From: Mobula hypostoma
Taxonomy: Eukaryota
Length of the DNA: 64,000 bases
Reading direction: 5' to 3'
NCBI RefSeq assembly: GCF_963921235.1
Contig: NC_086109.1
Coordinates: 19,160,001-19,224,000 of the forward strand
Part shown: one piece after another, positions 1 to 10,779 of the stretch
Numbering within the stretch: position 1 is the stretch's first letter
Layout of the letters: every line of letters starts with the position of its first letter
The notes under the pieces: model-generated
Told to the model about the DNA's origin: nothing
Databases searched by the model: none
What the model saw: the letters and a program-made list of their open reading frames with translations, nothing else
Position numbers and translations under genes: made by a program

Positions 1-1344
1 TAATAACCAACAGGAAGTTGTAGGATCACCCAGCAGGGTGCCAAATCTGATTAATCACAACAGCCTTGTCTTCAGATCTATCCATGTTGTGTCGACTGCT
101 CTGACCCTGGGCTGCAACAAACTGCCTGTCATCTACCATAAAATCAGAAAATGAGATTGTGTCCATCTTTCTTTATCACTGAAGCACAATAATGTAGCTG
201 TTTAAAATGATATATAGGAATTGAGTCTGCAATTTTGAGTTAATTTAGGATCATTAATCCTTAATCCACAGCACTTAAAACTTGAATCATCATTACACCT
301 TAATGAAAAGTTGCAAACAGTCATTCCAAAACCGAAGAAAACTTTTCTTGAACAATTTCCAGTATATGTAGAAAGCCTGAAGGGAATGCAGACATGGACA
401 TGACTATGGAAAACAGGTAAGCACTCAGATTAAGCACTGATGCTGCTCGACCTCTGACTGCCTCCAGCACTTTGTATTTTGGCTCAATCAGACCTTGTTA
501 GGTCAGGAGGATATCCACCATCTCCAGTCTCCCAATACTCATTTGAGCAACTTCTCCTAAACTGGATGGCCTAAGATCAGGAAGAAGTACTGAAATGCAG
601 CTACAGGGAGACAAGCCATCTTTCAATTGATGAGGAGGTGTAGCAACTTCTAACCTTCTGAGTACACGTGAATCACATGTATCAAAGGAAACTGAAACTT
701 CATGAAATTACTTGGGGCACTATCCATTCCAAAGGCTAATCATGCCAGCTGAAGAATGTATAAGTGATTATGCCAATGAAAACCAAGCGATTAGACACAT
801 AAATCTCCAGTGAATATCTTATTATATTATTTATGCAGAATTATTAGGATTTCTTGAACAGAGCAGGATAAGAACAGATTATAAAAAAGAAGGATTGTTT
901 CTTGATTAGCTGATCTTGTTGGTGCGTAATTTCCAAATTTAGATAAGACATTGGCAGGAAAAGACCAGCTGATCCATCAAGTACACCCCCACCCCACCAT
1001 ATAGCATTGCAGTTAGCTGTTCTATTCCTGTTAACCATTTTACTTGTTCCATTAAGTTGCATTAGGATGACCCTAAATTGCAATTGCAATGACAAACTCA
1101 GGAGATGTTGTAACAGATTTTAATCTTGCTCAGTAATAAAGAATTTCCCAATCGGGATCAATAAATTACTTATTATCATTATTAGTATTATTATTATTAA
1201 TAATAATAATAACAACAACAAATTACAGGGAAAAAGTAATAAGATGTCCATGCTATTACCTTCTGAAGTTTGAAGACCCCTCCTACCACCATCACAGTAT
1301 TAATATTCTACTGGTTTTTAAATCTGCATGCAATATCAACTTTG

Positions 1345-1940
1345 CTCCTGATTCAGAGGCTCAAAATCTAGAAGTCAAGGCCTGAAGATCAATGAGCCAT
1401 GATTGATAAGTCCTGTGGTTGATACCCAAAGTTTGGAGAGCTAAGGAAAGCAAAGTCGAAAGTCGAAGTCCAGGGGTCAGAAAGTCCAGAGATAGAAGCC
1501 CAAAGGTCGAAGACTGAAGTTGGCAAGGCCGGAGGTAGAGACCCAAATGTTGGAGCCCCTGGGCTGGCTTGTATGGATGTTGGAGGCTCAAAGTTGTGAG
1601 TATGGTCCAGGGGCAGGAGATTGGAAGCCCATTGTCTGTGAGTGTGAGGACTAGGCCTAGAGGCAGCCTGTCCTGGAGTTGGAGCCCTGACTGTGTGTGT
1701 GTGTGTGTGAGTGAGTGGGTGGGAAAGGGACTTACTGTTTTGTTTTGTTATTGGTGCTGCTTGTGTAATTTTGCTGAACATTGTGGGCTTGCTATGTTGG
1801 CGTCGGAATGTGAGGGGACTCTTGCAGGCTGCCCCCCAGCACATTCTTAGGTGTGTTGATTGTTAACGCAAACGACACATTGTTTCTGTATGTTTCAATG
1901 TATTGTCGACAAATAAATCAGACCTTGAATCTGAATCTGA
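1345..1940 (+). mobile_element. Non-coding LINE-related interspersed repeat (3' part), family A
   Basis: Ends in AATAAA followed by a (GAATCT)n tail at ~1912-1940. The 3' ~250 bp matches, inverted, 13400-13660 (GGCTGCCCCCAGCACAT / ATGTGCTGGTGGCAGCC). No coding motif seen. Confidence 0.55.
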
Positions 1941-2053
1941 AATAATGTTCATCCTATTCCTATTCAGCTGCAGTTTGCCAGTCGAGGAATATATCGGCAG
2001 AGCCCATTTTGGGATCCAGTACAGCGTATGATATACTCCAGATGTACAGTGCA

Positions 2054-2565
2054 TAGGGTTGCCAACTGTCCCGTATTAGCTGGGACATCCCGTATATTAG
2101 GCTAAATTGGTTTGTCCCGTACGGGACGTCCCTTGTCCATTATTTCCCCCGCTAAGGTAGAGCGTTCCTATGAAAACTTTTGTGCCGAAATGGCGTAAAG
2201 CAAAGAAGCAATTGCCATTAATTTATATGGGAAAAATTTTTGAGCGTTCCCAAAAAATTACCTACCAAATCATACCAAATAACATATAAAACCTAAAATA
2301 ACACTACATATAGTAAAAGCTGGAATGATATGATAAATACACAGTCTATATAAAGTAGAACTAATGTATGTACAGTGTAGTCAGGAAGATTAAGCCAAAG
2401 CCAAAACCGATTTGTAGAAAAAAATCGGCACATACACACATGCGCACACAGGTGCCCACGCAAGGCTTCATGGTCATGGTAGTCTTTCTCGGCGTAAACA
2501 CAAGTGTCCCGTATTTGACTGCTAGTCTTGTCCCGTATTTGGGAGTGAGAAAGTTGGCAACCCTA
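2054..2565. mobile_element. hAT-like non-autonomous DNA transposon (MITE)
   Basis: Perfect 14-bp TIRs: TAGGGTTGCCAACT (2054-2067) and AGTTGGCAACCCTA (2552-2565). Subterminal GTCCCGTA motifs at both ends. Flanks ACAGTGCA / ACAGACAA are a partly matching 8-bp TSD. Confidence 0.75.
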
Positions 2566-3234
2566 ACAGACAAAATATCTGAAGTGGAGCATTCATCAAG
2601 AAATACTAGCTTCTGCCTGACAGGGTCAATGCCATCATCTTATTATTTCCATAATCCAACTAATTAGGGAACCTGGTATCAATACACTGCCCCAACCCGA
2701 CAACTAAATTGATGAGCGAAAGTAGTTTTGACTTTGAGAAATTTCCTGCAGCATGTTTATGAACAGGAATGAGGAGAATCGCTCAGTAATGTGAGCCTAT
2801 GAAAATTTTCCATTTAGTAAATTGGCTAAAAAGCCACTTAGTATTTCAATGAGAAAGCGGCAGGGTGTATGAAGAATTTCCGTGAGATGACATAAAAGGA
2901 GATGTCAGGCGCCCTACTGCTTTTATAAGACAGCAACCTTGGAAAAGCATCCAAGATCTCTGTTGGGAGCCAATGCAAGCACAATGAAGCAAATGGCCTC
3001 CTTCTGTACAAAGTATTTGACACTAACAAAGAATGTAACACCAAACAACACTGATGATCATCTCAGTTATTGATGGCTGTCAGCACCTTGACTAAAGGTA
3101 CAGACGTAACTTGAGAAAGAGGGCATTTTAAACAAAGCACATCACTGCCATTATTGCGTCTGAATTGATAATATAACCTAAAATTAGAAGAGCTATCATA
3201 AGTAATCAAGGAACAGGTAATTTTATATAGTTTT

Positions 3235-3800
3235 TTTTAAGTATTGAGTACAGGAGTTGGGATTTAACGTTGAAGTTGTATGAGACGTTGGTGAGGCCTA
3301 ATTTGGAGTAAAGTGTGAAGTTCTGTTCACCTTCCTAGAGGAAAGCTGAAAGATTGAAAGAGCACAGAAAAACTTTGCAAGGATATTGCTGGGACTTGAG
3401 GACCTGTTGAATAGATTAGGACTTTTTCCCCTGGAGAGTAAGAGAGTAAGAGGTATACAGAATTAAGAGGGGAAGTACAAGTAGGTTTTTTCACTGAGGT
3501 TAGTTGAGGCTAGGACTAGAGGTCATGTGTTAAAGGTGAAATGTTTAAGGGAAATATCTGGGTTTTTTTCTTCACTCAGAGGATGGTGAGAGTGTGGAAC
3601 AAGCTGCCAGCAGAGGTGGTAGATCTGGGTTTGATTTCAACATTTAAAAGAAATAAGCACATGGATGGGGGGGGGTGGTGGGTGGTGGTGTATGGAGGGC
3701 TAGGGACCAAGTGCAAGTTGATGGGACTAGGCTGAATAAAAGTTTGGCATGAACTAGATGGGCTGAAGGGACTGTAGTGTTCTATGAGCCTGTGACTCAT
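3235..3800 (+). mobile_element. Old CR1 LINE 3' fragment
   Basis: Decayed ORF2 C-terminus (IEYRSWD..LYETLVRPNLE; FFTQRMVRVWNKLPAEVV) and CR1-type 3' end. Confidence 0.85.
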
Positions 3801-4050
3801 AAGTTCAGGATGTTCCCAAGCCTTTTAAGCACATTGACCATACATCTATTACTGTAATATTGAAAACATATCAACCAATTTATATCCAAGATATACCAAC
3901 AGGATAATGACCATAAAAGTTGCTTCAGTAATGAAAGCCAATGCCAGAAATGCCCTGATTCTCTTTGAGTGGTGTGGCAGTAATCTTTAATGTGAGAAAA
4001 ACAGAAAGCCCTTGCTTATATTTCCATAGCTCAGTGTCTCAGAACTGAGC
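3801..4050 (-). mobile_element. Decayed Deu-domain SINE (SacSINE1-like)
   Basis: Weak similarity, in reverse, to the SacSINE1/AmnSINE-type body and tail also seen at 37935-39110 and 15240-15930. Confidence 0.35.
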
Positions 4051-4296
4051 AGCAGTTTCTTGATGCCGAGGAAAACGTTTCTTGTGCTCCAGGATTAAAC
4101 CATCAGTGCAATGTCCGGTTGAATTCTTATCGGGTGAATTTATCAGCCTTTGAGCACAGTGAGTACCATGGAACTGCGCCACATGGGCTTTGGTTGATTT
4201 TCATGACTGCTCTGAGTCACCTCATTTAAACAGCCGGAGCCAGTGGTAGGACCAGGATGGCTGGCAGCAAAATTAAAGAGCAACATAAACTAAGAT

Positions 4297-4490
4297 AAAC
4301 CCAAGAGATTCTGCAGATGCTGGAAATCCAGAATAACACACACAAAATGCTGGAGGAGTTCAGCAGGTCAAGCAGCATCTATGGAAAGGAATAAAGAGTC
4401 AACGTTTTGGGAACCCGACCCGTCGCCAGGACTTGAAAGGAATGGAGACGAAGACAGAATAAGAAAGTAGGTGGAGGGGAAGGAGCTAAG
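4297..4490 (-). mobile_element. Penelope-like element 3' terminus (pLTR), degenerate hammerhead
   Basis: Matches the terminal repeat of the GIY-YIG-bearing copy at 48654-49290 (AGATTCTGCAGATGCTGGAAATC...TGCTGGAGGAGTTCAGCAGGTCAAGCAGCATCTATGGA). Confidence 0.75.
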
Positions 4491-5156
4491 CTAATCTAAG
4501 AGCTCTCCACACCATTGACAGAAGCAGAGGTAGAACTTAGCCAAATGTTAAGCTATCGGCAATGGACAGTGATCACAAAGCAAATGACTACAGATGCTAA
4601 AACTCTGAATACAAGCAGAAACTACTGGAGAAGCTGTGAAAAGAAAAAATAAAGTAAACATTAATATTTGTCAATGGAATTGGGAACTAACTAGGTAGAT
4701 GTGGTATATAAAAATAAACATAGATTTAGAGCTTACATCTGCTCTTCTTCATTTAAACGTTTCACTTGACGCTGTCCCTGGAGTGGGTTAAAGTATTATT
4801 GTGATAAAGATACAAGGAAGATGCTTCCAATTTTGAGGGGATGCAAAATCCATGTGAATGGAAGGCAGTGATTAATATATCTGGTAGCAAAATGAGATAC
4901 AACTTTGTGGCAGGTAGTGTGAATGTGGAACTTGCCACGAGGGGAATGGTTGTCGCAAATGTCACAGATGTTTTCAAAAGAGAAAGTACACTTAGTACTC
5001 TCTATTAGGTGCACCTGTATACCTGTTTGTTAATGCAGATATCTAATCAGCCGATCAAGTAGCACCAACTCAATGCATAAAGTCGTGCAGACGTGGTCAA
5101 GGGGCTTAGTGGTTGTTCAGACCAAACATCAGAATGGGGAAGAAATGTGATCTAAA

Positions 5157-5940
5157 TTCAATGGTTCAATGGTTCCATTTAATATCAGAGAATGTATACA
5201 ACCTGAAGTCCTTACTCTTCACAGATATCCACGAAACAGAAGAAAACCTCAAAGAAAGAATGCCAGAAAAACATTACAACCCCAAAGCCCCCTCCCAGCA
5301 CAAGCATCAGCAAAGCATCAACCCTCCCCCTCCCCTTCCCCCGCTTGTTCCAGTAGGAAGCTTCAGCGCTCACTACCCATCAAGCAAACAATAGGAAAGC
5401 CCCCAGAGCTCATGATCTGCAGTCCAATAAAAAAAACTACAGTCCATAAACCAGCACTTTGGCATGCCACAGGCTCTCTCACTAACAAGGGGCCCTTTCC
5501 ACAGCGAGAGGGAGACTAACAGATCACTGTTTCAATGTTACAAGATGAAGCGATGCTCATTCGAGCTCAGATGATTTGAGAATCGGCAGACTCTCACCCC
5601 CACCCCCATCGAGAGAGAGAGAGAAAGAAAGAGAGAGAGTGCAGAGGCCTCCGAAAGTTGCACCTGCTCTCTCAATGTTCCAGTATCCATGATGTCTCAG
5701 TCAGTGACACCAGTGAGGAATCGAGTCGTCCACAGGGGCCTCCCGAGGCCACAGCCCTGAAGGCCCCAAAGCGCATCTCATCCTGGAGATGTTGATAATG
5801 CTAGGCCGCTCAGCGAGCTCTGGAAGTGGGAACTCACCACCATGTGGAACCACAGTTTGAGTGCAGTTGTAGGTCACAGGCTCTGACAGAACCCCAGCCA
5901 CCTTGAAAAGGGAAAAAAAGAGGCATTAAAGAGAACAGAA
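5157..5940 (-). mobile_element. Non-autonomous LINE-related element, family B, nested in Tc1
   Basis: Begins on + with a tandem tail (TTCAATGG)n then ATTTAATATCAGAGAATGTATACA. Homologous to 62081-62880. Interrupts the Tc1 transposase frame. Confidence 0.7.
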
Positions 5941-6265
5941 CTGACTTTGATTGTTGGTGTCAGATGGTGTGATCTGACTCTCTCAGAAACTGCTGATCTC
6001 CTGGGATATTCACACACACCAGTCTTTAGAGTTTGTAGAGGATGGTGCGATAAACACGGAAACACCCAGTGGGCATCAGTTCTGTGGGTGAAATTGTCTT
6101 GTTAATGAGAGAGGTCAGAAGAGGCCAGAATGGCCAGACTAGTTCAAGATGACAGGAAGGCAACAGTTAATTCAAATAACCATGCATTACAACAGTAGTG
6201 TGCAGGGGAGTATCTCTGAGTTTAAAACATGTTGCACCTTGAAATGAACGGGCTTCAGCAGTAAG

Positions 6266-6706
6266 TGATCTCGCCAGGTTCCTCTCTGTCGGAGCAGTGC
6301 TGCCAGGATAATCAAGGACACGACCCACCCAGCCAACACACTTTTTGTCCCTCTTCCCTCCGGGAGAAGGTTCAGGAGCTTGAAGACTCGTACGGCCAGA
6401 TTTGGGAACAGCTTCTTTCCAACTGTGATAAGACTGCTGAACGGATCCTGACCCGGATCTGGGCCGTACCCTCCAAATATCCGGACCTGCCTCTTGGTTT
6501 TTTTGCACTACCTTACTTCTCATTTTTCTATTTTCTATTTATGATTTATAACTTAAATTTTTAATATTTACTAATTTTAACTATTTTAATATCTTTAATA
6601 TTTAACATTTGTAATCCAGGGAGTGTGAAGCGCAGAATCAAATATCGCTGTGATGATTGTACATTCTAGTACCGACTGTTTGGCGACAAGGAAGTCTAAA
6701 GTAAAG
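6266..6706 (+). mobile_element. Rex1/Babar-type LINE 3' fragment nested in Tc1
   Basis: Encodes AARIIKDTTHPANTLFVPLPSGRRFRSLKTRTARFGNSFFPTVIRLLN, the conserved C-terminus of this LINE clade, followed by an AT-rich 3' UTR. Confidence 0.8.
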
Positions 6707-8650
6707 GTTCTATTCCTGTACCTAATAAACTGGCAGCGAGTGTTTCTCTGGTAGCGAAAAGAAGAAGCAACTTTGCAGTTTGTGAAACTTGCCACAATAG
6801 GGAATGGTTGTGGCAAACGGCATAGATGTTTTAAACAAGAAAACAGATGGGAACATGAAAGAAAAGGGAACAGAAAGTACAGATGAAAGGCAGCAATGAA
6901 TAAGCTGGAATGGGAGGAAAATTGTGGAGTGTCAACCAATTCAGCTGTTTCTCTACTCTCAATTCAACACTAAAGTAAGCTGACACACATAATTCCCACC
7001 CAGAAAGTGACAGTATGTTGTCTTCCACTCTCCTCTGAGGATCAGTTCTGGGTTCTAGTAGCTTCAGATGACATTTGGAACTAACCTTTATTAAAATATG
7101 CGATTGATAATCAGACTCTAGAAATGTAGAAAGTTACAGAAAGTAATGGATATCAAGGCTGAGGAAACTCATGGTAGAAAACCCATATTACTGTGCACTT
7201 ATGCAGCATATAAAGACACTATCGAAGTGGTTGGCATAAGAGAAATTGAGAGAGACAAACAAGGATTTGGTCAACATTCTAATGAAGGCCTTAGAAGAGT
7301 GAAATAGGCCGAAAGGTTAAGAGTTTTTTCTATTTTCTAGTAATAAAATGGACAGCTATGTAGGATGGCAAACTTCAATTGATCTTAGAGTAGGTTAAAA
7401 GGTTGTCATAACATTGTGGGATAATTGGGCTGTATAGTGCCGTGCTGTTCTATGTTTTATGTTCTTTTAGGTTTAAGGAGAAATCTTCAGAGCATAGTGA
7501 TTTTAACACAAGGTACCACTGACAACGGTGAAGCATTGAGAAATGAGGATGTTTATAACGTTAGAACTGGAGCACACTTGGAACCTTGGAAGATTATCGG
7601 GACAAAACAAATTGTGATGACGGAATAGTTTGGAGTAGTGAAGTGTATGCGGGAGGGAGACCTTGCTAGGATTTGATAATGAGTATAAAAATTTTTAGAT
7701 AAGGGTAAGACTGTTGATACTCACCACATGAATATAGGGTGGATAGGGCCTAGTTAGATTTAGAATCCACGGAGCAGAGTTTTAGATAAGCTCAAGTTTA
7801 TGGAAAAAGTATTCTGCATATTCAAGATATAATATCCTCCCCAATCACTTCAATTTGTCCAACATTAAATGTGAACATTTAAAGGGAATTCATCACTGTC
7901 TCTTGCTGCCTTAATGATTTATTAGAATAGAAAATTCCAATTCATCAGCTCGACAACCTTACTGCAGCAACGAAGCAAATGTTAAGACTACTTTAACACT
8001 GAAATTGAATACAAATAAATCCTTTCGAATATTTTCTCAGAGACTTCCATTCATTTCTTCGAAATATCACATTATTTAAACCAGCTCATTGACAGCACTG
8101 CCTTACGTTTGCTCAAAGGCAAATGTGCTGTATGATTTGGAAATGATTCTTCTCTTTGTTGCGTGACAAGTCATGTTCTCACTAGCAATAAAAACCTTTG
8201 TTAGTAATAGTGCTGCCAGAACCTGAGCAAATTGCTGGACTCAGAATTCACAGTTCGATAAGGTTTTTAATTGGGATTGCAAATTTTATGTTTTGGGCAT
8301 GGCATGTGAACATTATGGCTTCTAGAGGCAGAGCCTGATCGGGTTTTTGAAAACAAGAAAAAAAAAATCTGTCAAACAAATTAAGAGACTTGGTGTACAA
8401 TTAAATGAGTGCCAAGGAATACATATGATCCATATGTATGGATCTGGCCCGTACTTTCATTAACCTGGTTCAACACTGCTTGCCTTTATTAGGTGTAGTT
8501 ATGCAGGCAGTGGGAAATTTATTCTTCTTGTGTTTCTTGACTCGTTACTGAAGACTCAATGTCACTCAGCCCTGACTCTTTGATCTGGCCCATGCCTTCA
8601 TTAACCTGGTCCAACACTACTTGCTCTTATTGGGACCTTTTTTTGTCATC

Positions 8651-10746
8651 TTTTGGCAAAAGAATAAATTTTGGCAAAAGAATAAATCAAGGAAGGTAGT
8701 GCACCCCTGGCTGACAAGAGAAATTAGGGATAGTATCAATTCCAAAGAAGTAGCATACAAATTAGCCAGAGAAAGTGGCTCACCTGAGGACTGGGAGAAA
8801 TTCAGAGTTCAGCAGAGGAGGACAAAGGGCTTAATTAGGAAGGGGAAAAAAGATTATGAGAGAAAACTGGCGGGTAACATAAAAACGGACTGTAAAAGCT
8901 TTTATAGATATGTAAAAAGGAAAAGACTGGTAAAGACAAATGTAGGTCCCCTGCAGACAAAACAGGTGAATTGATTATGGGGAGCAAGGACATGGCAGAC
9001 CAATTGAATAATTACTTTGGTTCTGTCTTCACTAAGGAGGACATAAATAATCTTCCAGAAATAGTAAGGGACAAAGGGTCCAGTGAGATGGAGGAACTGA
9101 GTGAAATACATGTTAGTAGGGAAATGGTGTTAAGTAAATTGAAGGGATTGAAGGCAGATAAATCCCCAGGGCCAGATGGTCTGCATCCTAGAGTGCTTAA
9201 GGAAGTAGCCCAAGAAATAGTGGATGCATTAGTGATAATTTTTCAAAACCCGTTAGATTCTGGACTAGTTCCTGAGGATTGGAGGGTGGCTAATGTAACC
9301 TCACTTTTTAAAAAAGGAGGGAGAGAGAAACCGGGGAATTATAGACCGGTTAGCCTAACGTCGGTGGTAGGGAAACTGCTGGAGTCAGTTATCAAGGATG
9401 TGATAACAGCACATTTGGAAAGCGGTGAAATGATCGGACAAAGTCAGCATGGATTTGTGAAAGGAAAATCATGTCTGACGAATCTCATAGAATTTTTTGA
9501 GGATGTAACTAGTAGAGTGGATAGGGGAGAACCAGTGGATGTGGTATATTTGGATTTTCAAAAGGCTTTTGACAAGGTCCCACACAGGAGATTAGTGTGC
9601 AAACTTAAAGCACACGGTATTGGGGGTAAGGTATTGGTGTGGGTGGAGAATTGGTTAGCAGACAGGAAGCAAACAGGAATAAACGGGACCTTTTCAGATT
9701 GGCAGGCGGTGACTAGTGGGGTACCGCAAGGCTCAGTGCTGGGACCCCAGTTGTTTACAATATATATTAATGACTTGGATGAGGGAATTAAATGCAGCAT
9801 CTCCAAGTTTGCAGATGACACGAAGCTGGGTGGCAGTGTTAGCAGTGAGGAGGATGCTAAGAGGATGCAGGGTGACTTGGATAGGTTGGGTGAGTGGGCA
9901 AACTCATGGCAGATGCAATTTAATGTGGATAAATGTGAAGTTATCCACTTTGGTGGCAAAAATAGGAAAACAGATTATTATCTGAATGGTGGCCGATTAG
10001 GAAAAGGGGAGGTGCAACGAGACCTGGGTGTCATTATACACCAGTCATTGAAAGTGGGCATGCAGGTACAGCAGGCGGTGAAAAAGGCAAATGGTATGCT
10101 GGCATTTATAGCAAGAGGATTCGAGTACAGGAGCAGGGAGGTACTACTGCAGTTGTACAAGGCCTTGGTGAGACCACACCTGGAGTATTGTGTGCAGTTT
10201 TGGTCCCCTAATCTGAGGAAAGACATCTTTGCCATAGAGGGAGTACAAAGAAGGTTCACCAGATTGATTCCTGGGATGGCAGGACTTTCATATGAAGAAA
10301 GACTGGATGAACTGGGCTTGTACTCGTTGGAATTTAGAAGATTGAGGGGGGATCTGATTGAAACGTATAAGATCCTAAAGGGATTGGACAGGCTGGATGC
10401 AAGAAGATTGTTCCCGATGTTGGGGAAGTCCAGAACGAGGGGTCACAGTTTGAGGATAGAGGGGAAGCCTTTTTGGACCGAGATTAGGAAAACCTTCTTC
10501 ACACAGAGAGTGGTGAATCTGTGGAATTCTCTGCCACAGGAAACTGTTGAGGCCAGTTCTTTGGCTATGTTTAAGAGGGAGTTAGATATGGCCCTTGTGG
10601 CTATGGGGGTCAGGGGGTATGGAGGGAAGGCTGGGGCGGGGTTCTGAGTTGGATGATCAGCCATGATCATAATAAATGGCGGTGCAGGCTCGAAGGTCCG
10701 AATGGCCTACTCCTGCACCTATTTTCTATGTTTCTATGTTTCTATC
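8651..10746 (+). mobile_element. Young CR1 LINE, 5'-truncated (copy 1); ORF2 RT fragment at 8971-10647
   Basis: RT motifs KSPGPDG, YRPVSLTS, QHGF, YLDFQKAFDKVPH, GVPQGSVLGP, KFADDTKL. (TTTCTATG)n tail at ~10723-10746. 1-bp frameshift near 8960 and a 3-bp deletion (KQTGIN vs KQRVGIN) relative to sister copies. Confidence 0.97.
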
Positions 10747-10779
10747 TCATTTATTATGATTCAGGGAATGAATATACTA

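Larger units (their letters stand above)
4989..6743 (+). mobile_element. Internally deleted Tc1/mariner element with two nested retroelement insertions
   Basis: Degenerate TIRs CACTTAGT..TATTAGGTGCAC (preceded by TA) and GTACCTAATAAACTGGCAGCGAGTG. Transposase N-terminus MGKKCDL (~5133-5156) resumes at ~5941 (IVGVR..LSETADLLGYSHTPVFRVCRGW..MARLVQDDRKATV). No DDE domain. Confidence 0.8.

Noticed and set aside
1165..1222. ATT/TAA/CAA microsatellite forming an imperfect inverted repeat
   Set aside because: Ordinary simple repeat; no attached element recognised.
7470..7810. Possible ancient L2-type LINE remnant (minus strand); similar faint CR1 and PLE traces at ~19750-20050 and ~35700-36165
   Set aside because: Too decayed to assign or delimit without a profile search.
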